This document shows, one piece after another, positions 59,508 to 64,000 of a stretch of 64,000 nt of DNA. The translations under genes and the position numbers were made by a program. A model generated the notes under the pieces. The model did no database searches. It saw nothing but the letters and a program-made list of their open reading frames with translations, and was not told where the DNA came from. How positions within the stretch are numbered: the first letter of the stretch is position 1; each line of letters opens with the position of its first letter. The stretch lies in contig JBDRRP010000136.1 of the NCBI GenBank assembly GCA_043825735.1, positions 1 through 64,000 of the forward strand. The letters are read 5' to 3'. This DNA is from Pseudomonadota bacterium. GTDB taxonomy: Bacteria > Desulfobacterota > Desulfobacteria > Desulfobacterales > JBDRRP01.

Positions 59508-61043
59508 TCAGGCCAGCATCCTGCCGCGGTCGATGGTGCGGTACTGAATGGCCTCCGCGATGTGGTTGGCGCCGATGGCCTCGGTGCCGGCCAGATCGGC
59601 GATGGTGCGGGCGATCTTGAGCACGCGGTGGTAGGCGCGCGCCGACAGGCCCAGTTTGTCCACGGCGGTTTCCAGAAGGCGGCTGGAGGCCGTATCGATG
59701 GTGCACCAGCGGCGCACGTGGCGGCTTGCCATGCGGGCGTTGCAGGGTATGCCGTTTCCGCCGAAACGCGCCAGCTGGCGCGCGCGGCTTTTAAAGACGC
59801 GCGCCTGGATGGCGGCGGAGGATTCTGCGGGGCTGACGTGCTGCAGATCCTTCCAGGGGACCGCCGGCACCTGCACGTGGATGTCCATGCGGTCCAGCAG
59901 CGGGCCCGAGATTTTGCCACGGTAGCGCTGGATCTGGGCCGGGGTGCACCGGCAGGGGTGTTTGGGGTCGGTGAGGTACCCGCAGGGGCACGGGTTCATG
60001 GCGGCCACCAGCATCACAGCGGCCGGGTAGGTGAGCGACATGGCCGCCCGGGCGATGGTGACCCGGCGATCTTCCAGGGGCTGGCGCAGCACCTCAAGGA
60101 CGTGTTTTTTGTATTCGGGAAGCTCGTCTAAGAAAAGCACGCCGTTGTGGGCCAGGCTCACCTCGCCTGGGCGCGGCAGGTGCCCCCCGCCGATGAGTCC
60201 GGCGTCGGAGATGGTATGGTGGGGCGCGCGGAAGGGACGCCGCGCGATCAGGGCCTCACCCGGTGCCAGGTGCCCGGTGACGCTGTAAATTTTCGTTGTT
60301 TCCAGCGCCTCTTCAAAACTGAGCGGGGGCAGGATGCCCACCAGGCGTTTGGCGAGCATGGTTTTTCCGGATCCGGGGGGACCCAGCATCAGCAGGTTGT
60401 GACCGCCGGCGGCGGCGATCTCCAGCGCCCGTTTGGCCTGCTCCTGGCCCATGACCTCCGAAAAATCGCCGCCCGTCGGTGCCGACGGGCTCAGCAGGTC
60501 GGCTGCGCAGGTTCGCAGCGGAGCGATGGACCGCTCGCCGCGAATAAATTCCAGGGCTTGGTAGAGGAAGGTGAGGGGGATGACGTCGGTGCCGCTGACC
60601 ACCGCCCCTTCGGCGGCGCTGGCGGCGGGGGCCAGCACTTGCGCAAGGCGCGCTCTTTGTGCGGCGATGGCCGCCGGCAGGGTGCCGTTGACCGGTTTTA
60701 CGCGCCCGTCCAGGGACAGTTCTCCCAGCACAAGGCAGTCTTTAAGGCCCTCTTGCGGAATCAATCCCGTAGCTGCCAGAACACCCAGTGCAATGGGCAG
60801 ATCGAGCCCGGTACCTTCTTTTTTCAGGTTTGCCGGGGCGAGGTTGACGGTGATGCGGTCATCGGGGAACCGGTACCCGGAGTTTTGAATGGCCGATTTG
60901 ACCCGCTCGCGGCTTTCTTTGACAGAGGCTTCGGGAAGCCCTACGATTGTCAGCGATGGCAGTCCTGATGTGATGTCCACCTCGACTTCCACGATCTCGG
61001 CATCCACACCGATCAGGGCACAGCTGTTGACGGTGGCCAGCAT
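59508..61043 (-). CDS. comM: YifB/ComM Mg-chelatase-like AAA+ ATPase
   Basis: [61 protein letters not shown]. Confidence 0.96.
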   Translation of the reverse strand: MLATVNSCALIGVDAEIVEVEVDITSGLPSLTIVGLPEASVKESRERVKSAIQNSGYRFPDDRITVNLAPANLKKEGTGLDLPIALGVLAATGLIPQEGLKDCLVLGELSLDGRVKPVNGTLPAAIAAQRARLAQVLAPAASAAEGAVVSGTDVIPLTFLYQALEFIRGERSIAPLRTCAADLLSPSAPTGGDFSEVMGQEQAKRALEIAAAGGHNLLMLGPPGSGKTMLAKRLVGILPPLSFEEALETTKIYSVTGHLAPGEALIARRPFRAPHHTISDAGLIGGGHLPRPGEVSLAHNGVLFLDELPEYKKHVLEVLRQPLEDRRVTIARAAMSLTYPAAVMLVAAMNPCPCGYLTDPKHPCRCTPAQIQRYRGKISGPLLDRMDIHVQVPAVPWKDLQHVSPAESSAAIQARVFKSRARQLARFGGNGIPCNARMASRHVRRWCTIDTASSRLLETAVDKLGLSARAYHRVLKIARTIADLAGTEAIGANHIAEAIQYRTIDRGRMLA

Positions 61044-61440
61044 GATGTTTCTCCAGCCTGTTGGGGAGGGGCTTCCGCAGTGCGGTGGCACCGGCACCTG
61101 CGCAGCGCAACTGCAACCGGAAAGAAGACACTTCCCGTGTCCATGGGCGCCGGGGAGGCGCTGGCGGTATCAGCGGCTAAGGGTTCGGGCCGCTACCGGA
61201 AGGGGGCTGACGTCTGAATGCGTGCAGCATAGCAGAATGCGTCCAAAGGCTCAAACCCATAACATTACGCCGTATCCATGGGCCCCTGCATGGGCAAGCG
61301 CTGCCGGGCACCCCAAGTGATCGTAAAAAATATGTAATTTCAGCTGGATGGGCTGCCCTGCCCTTGTTTGACTAAATTCTGGTGCTATGCTACGCACGAA
61401 AATACAAAATGGCATCGATGTCTTAGGATATGAATTATAT

Positions 61441-62352
61441 ATGAATTGTTTACCGCAGCAGCGGACTATTGAAAAGTCAGTGTCATGTAAAGGCATCGGC
61501 GTTCACTCCGGCAAGGAAGTCCACCTCAGCATTCATCCGGCAGAGATCAACCAGGGCATCCAGTTTGTCCGGTCGGATCTGATGGATACGCCCCGGGTGA
61601 CGGCGCACTTCAAGAATGTGGTCGACACGAGTCTGGCCACCGTCATCGGCCACAACGGCTTTATCGTGTCCACCATCGAGCACCTCATGGCTGCCTTCTC
61701 CGGTCTTGGGATAGACAATGCCACGGTGGCGCTGGACGCCTATGAAATGCCCATCATGGATGGCAGCGCCGGGCCCTTTACGGCGTTGCTGCGATCGGCC
61801 GGCGTACGCATCCAAAACGGACCACGGTGTTATTTTGTGGTGAACGAGCCCATCGAGCTTAAACAAGACGGAAAGTTCGTGGGGATCTATCCGGATACGA
61901 CATTTCGCATTACCTGCACCATCGATTACGATCATCCCCTCATCGGCCACCAGAGCCTTACCGTTGACGTTAATGATGTGACTTTCGAAAATGAGATCGC
62001 CGATGCCCGAACCTTCGGATTTCTTCATGAATATGAGTACATGAAGCATTTCGGGCTTGCCCAGGGCGGGTCCCTTGATAATGTCGTCGTGGTGGACGAA
62101 GACGGCGTGCTCAATCCTGAAGGACTCCGATACCCGGATGAATTCGTCCGGCACAAGATTCTTGACTGTATCGGGGATTTTTCTCTCCTGGGGATGCCCA
62201 TGATGGGGCATCTTAAGGTCATCAAGTCAGGCCACGCATTCAATCACGAGTTCCTGAAGACGTTTTTTCTTCAGAAAGACCGGTGGGAGACCGTGACGGT
62301 CACCTGCCCGTCCGCGGCCCCCGCCTACCCATCGAATCGGCTTGCCATTTAA
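61441..62352 (+). CDS. lpxC: UDP-3-O-acyl-N-acetylglucosamine deacetylase
   Basis: QRTI, GIGVHSG, TIEHLMAA, PIMDGSA, ARTFGF, EFVRHKILDCIGD, KSGH. Confidence 0.97.
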   Translation: MNCLPQQRTIEKSVSCKGIGVHSGKEVHLSIHPAEINQGIQFVRSDLMDTPRVTAHFKNVVDTSLATVIGHNGFIVSTIEHLMAAFSGLGIDNATVALDAYEMPIMDGSAGPFTALLRSAGVRIQNGPRCYFVVNEPIELKQDGKFVGIYPDTTFRITCTIDYDHPLIGHQSLTVDVNDVTFENEIADARTFGFLHEYEYMKHFGLAQGGSLDNVVVVDEDGVLNPEGLRYPDEFVRHKILDCIGDFSLLGMPMMGHLKVIKSGHAFNHEFLKTFFLQKDRWETVTVTCPSAAPAYPSNRLAI

Positions 62353-62570
62353 ACAGGCATCCGTTACACAATGAAGCCATGCGAGGCCCGCAGGAAAGCA
62401 ACCGTGGGCACGGCGGTGCCGGCCGTCGGGAGCCACTGCCAGGGGGCGGGCCGGGTTGACACTTTTTCCGTTTGAAAAAAGGCGAGGGCTTTTCATTGAT
62501 TTGCTTTTCGCCCATGCACGGCAGGAAAAATATGCGACTGACCCTCCCGGCCACTGGTGCGCGCAGCGTC

Positions 62571-63146
62571 ATGACCGTTTATATCCGTTGTCTTTTTACG
62601 TCCCTGTTGCTGGCGATGATCGCCGGTTGCCTGCTCACCCCGGCCCCGGCCTCGGCCCAGGAAGCCCAACTTTCGGACGTCGTGGTCACCAACACCCGTG
62701 ATGATCTTCTGCTGTACCTGACTGTCGAGGGCGCGTTTACCGAAGAGATGTCCGCTGCTATCCTCAGCGGTGTCCCGGCCACATTTTCTTTTCTGGCAAT
62801 CCTTTACCAGGTTAGAAGCATGTGGCTGAACAAGAAAATTGCCTCCCGCAAGATTACACATACCATCAAATTCGACAAACTGAAGAAGACCTACACCGTA
62901 ACCCGCTCCTGGGAGTCGGAACCCCAGGTGACGCAGTCCATTTCAGAGGCCCGAAAGCTCATGTCGGAAGTGGACAGCCTCAAGATTATCGCCCTCGACC
63001 GGCTGGAGAAGGGGGAGCAGTACCAGATTCGCGCCAAAGCGGAGCTCAGCAAGCGCACCCTGCCCCTGAACCTGCATTACGTTCTTTTCTTTATGTCCTT
63101 GTGGGATTTCGAAACGGACTGGTACACCATCGATTTCATCTATTGA
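62571..63146 (+). CDS. DUF4390-like exported protein
   Basis: Signal peptide, AILSGVPATF, WDFETDW; upstream of an NtrY-like kinase; start uncertain. Confidence 0.75.
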   Translation: MTVYIRCLFTSLLLAMIAGCLLTPAPASAQEAQLSDVVVTNTRDDLLLYLTVEGAFTEEMSAAILSGVPATFSFLAILYQVRSMWLNKKIASRKITHTIKFDKLKKTYTVTRSWESEPQVTQSISEARKLMSEVDSLKIIALDRLEKGEQYQIRAKAELSKRTLPLNLHYVLFFMSLWDFETDWYTIDFIY

Positions 63147-63188
63147 TGTTGATGGCTGCCGCGCTCGGGTGCTTTGCCGGCATCGACT

Positions 63189-64000
63189 ATGAATGATCCA
63201 TTGACCACCATCCCATCTGCCCCGCTTTCTCCCGACGAGAAACGCCGCCGCAAGCGCGAAAGCATCCTCATCGTCGTGATTATCGCCGTGGTGTCGATAC
63301 TGACCTATGTGGAGACCCGGGTCATCACCTTCGGCACCGAATTTCCCATTTCCAACACCATCCTCATGTTTATCCTGATCAACATCAACCTGCTGTTGTT
63401 GATCCTGCTCATTTTTCTTGTATTCCGAAATCTGGTCAAATTGCTCATTGATCGACGCAGGAAAGTCATTGGCGCCAAGTTGCGAACGCGTCTGGTCGGG
63501 GCCTTTGTCGCCCTCACGCTGCTGCCGGCCGGCGTACTGTTCTTTTTTGCGATCAGTTTTATTACCACCAGTACGGAATTCTGGTTTAACGTGCCCATCG
63601 AACAGGCCCTGGAGAACTCTTTGCGTGTGGGCAGGAGTCTCTATAACCGGGCAGAAGATACCAACCGGTTCATTATCGAGCAGGCGTCCTATCAGATCCG
63701 GACGCGAAAACTGCTGGAAGAAAAGCGTTTCGGCAAGCTGAGCAACTACATTCAGATCGTGCAGCGCGCCTTCACTGTCGATGCGGTGGAGCTTTATGCC
63801 GTCAATGCCAGCCGCATGACCTATGCCACCGCTCCGGAATTGGGGGAGGTGCCGTTTGCGGTCATCTCCACAGATCAGCTTCAGCGGGAGATGCCCCCTA
63901 GCGGGGTGAGAACCGTTACCGAGACACTCACCAACGGCGAGTTGGTGAGAACCATCGGTACGGTCCCTTTCGGTGCGGCTGCCGGCGCCGTCGAGGCCTA
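63189..64000 (+). CDS. NtrY-like sensor histidine kinase (5' part, runs off window)
   Basis: Open frame MNDPLTT...NINLLLLILLIFLVFRNLVKL..DRRR...GAKLRTRLV..F...LLP...WF; no stop before the edge. Confidence 0.8.
   Translation, partial: MNDPLTTIPSAPLSPDEKRRRKRESILIVVIIAVVSILTYVETRVITFGTEFPISNTILMFILININLLLLILLIFLVFRNLVKLLIDRRRKVIGAKLRTRLVGAFVALTLLPAGVLFFFAISFITTSTEFWFNVPIEQALENSLRVGRSLYNRAEDTNRFIIEQASYQIRTRKLLEEKRFGKLSNYIQIVQRAFTVDAVELYAVNASRMTYATAPELGEVPFAVISTDQLQREMPPSGVRTVTETLTNGELVRTIGTVPFGAAAGAVEA

Noticed and set aside
57874..60340. Diversity-generating retroelement TR/VR pair
   Set aside because: No reverse transcriptase; mismatches are synonymous-type, not adenine-specific
61060..61330. 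Riboswitch or ncRNA between comM and lpxC
   Set aside because: Some hairpins, but no family consensus I can recognise; needs an Rfam scan
3116..62211. Many long antisense or alternate-frame ORFs in the track
   Set aside because: Shadow ORFs of recognised genes, expected in GC-rich DNA

Overview
GC-rich bacterial chromosomal segment whose gene content looks like an anaerobic Desulfobacterota (Desulfobacterales-like) organism; this taxonomy is inferred. The left end holds two CRISPR arrays with the same 37-bp repeat, probably type III. They are separated by an N-terminally truncated cas2 and a leader, and followed by an IS21 remnant and a tRNA 3'-end (att-like) fragment. Next come an acyl-CoA catabolic/ETF cluster, SMUG1, RluA, a sigma-54 activator, an M23 peptidase, asd (with a candidate leader-peptide attenuator), aroB and hutUIH. 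A signalling block follows (two hybrid kinases, two orphan solute-binding proteins, a stand-alone Cache protein, an MCP), then fdhD/MOSC and an ArsR-linked permease with an in-frame UGA plus SECIS-like hairpin (probable selenoprotein). After rplU-rpmA-obgE-proB-nadD-rsfS-gpmI, the right end has an archaeal-type membrane LonB coupled to an unknown gene, an AAA/DUF4143 nuclease-like gene between comM and a deleted foreign-looking comM copy, lpxC and a partial ntrY-like gene. Intergenic regions carry many small inverted elements made of 7-, 8- and 9-nt tandem units. All product calls come from motif recognition by eye; no database searches were run.
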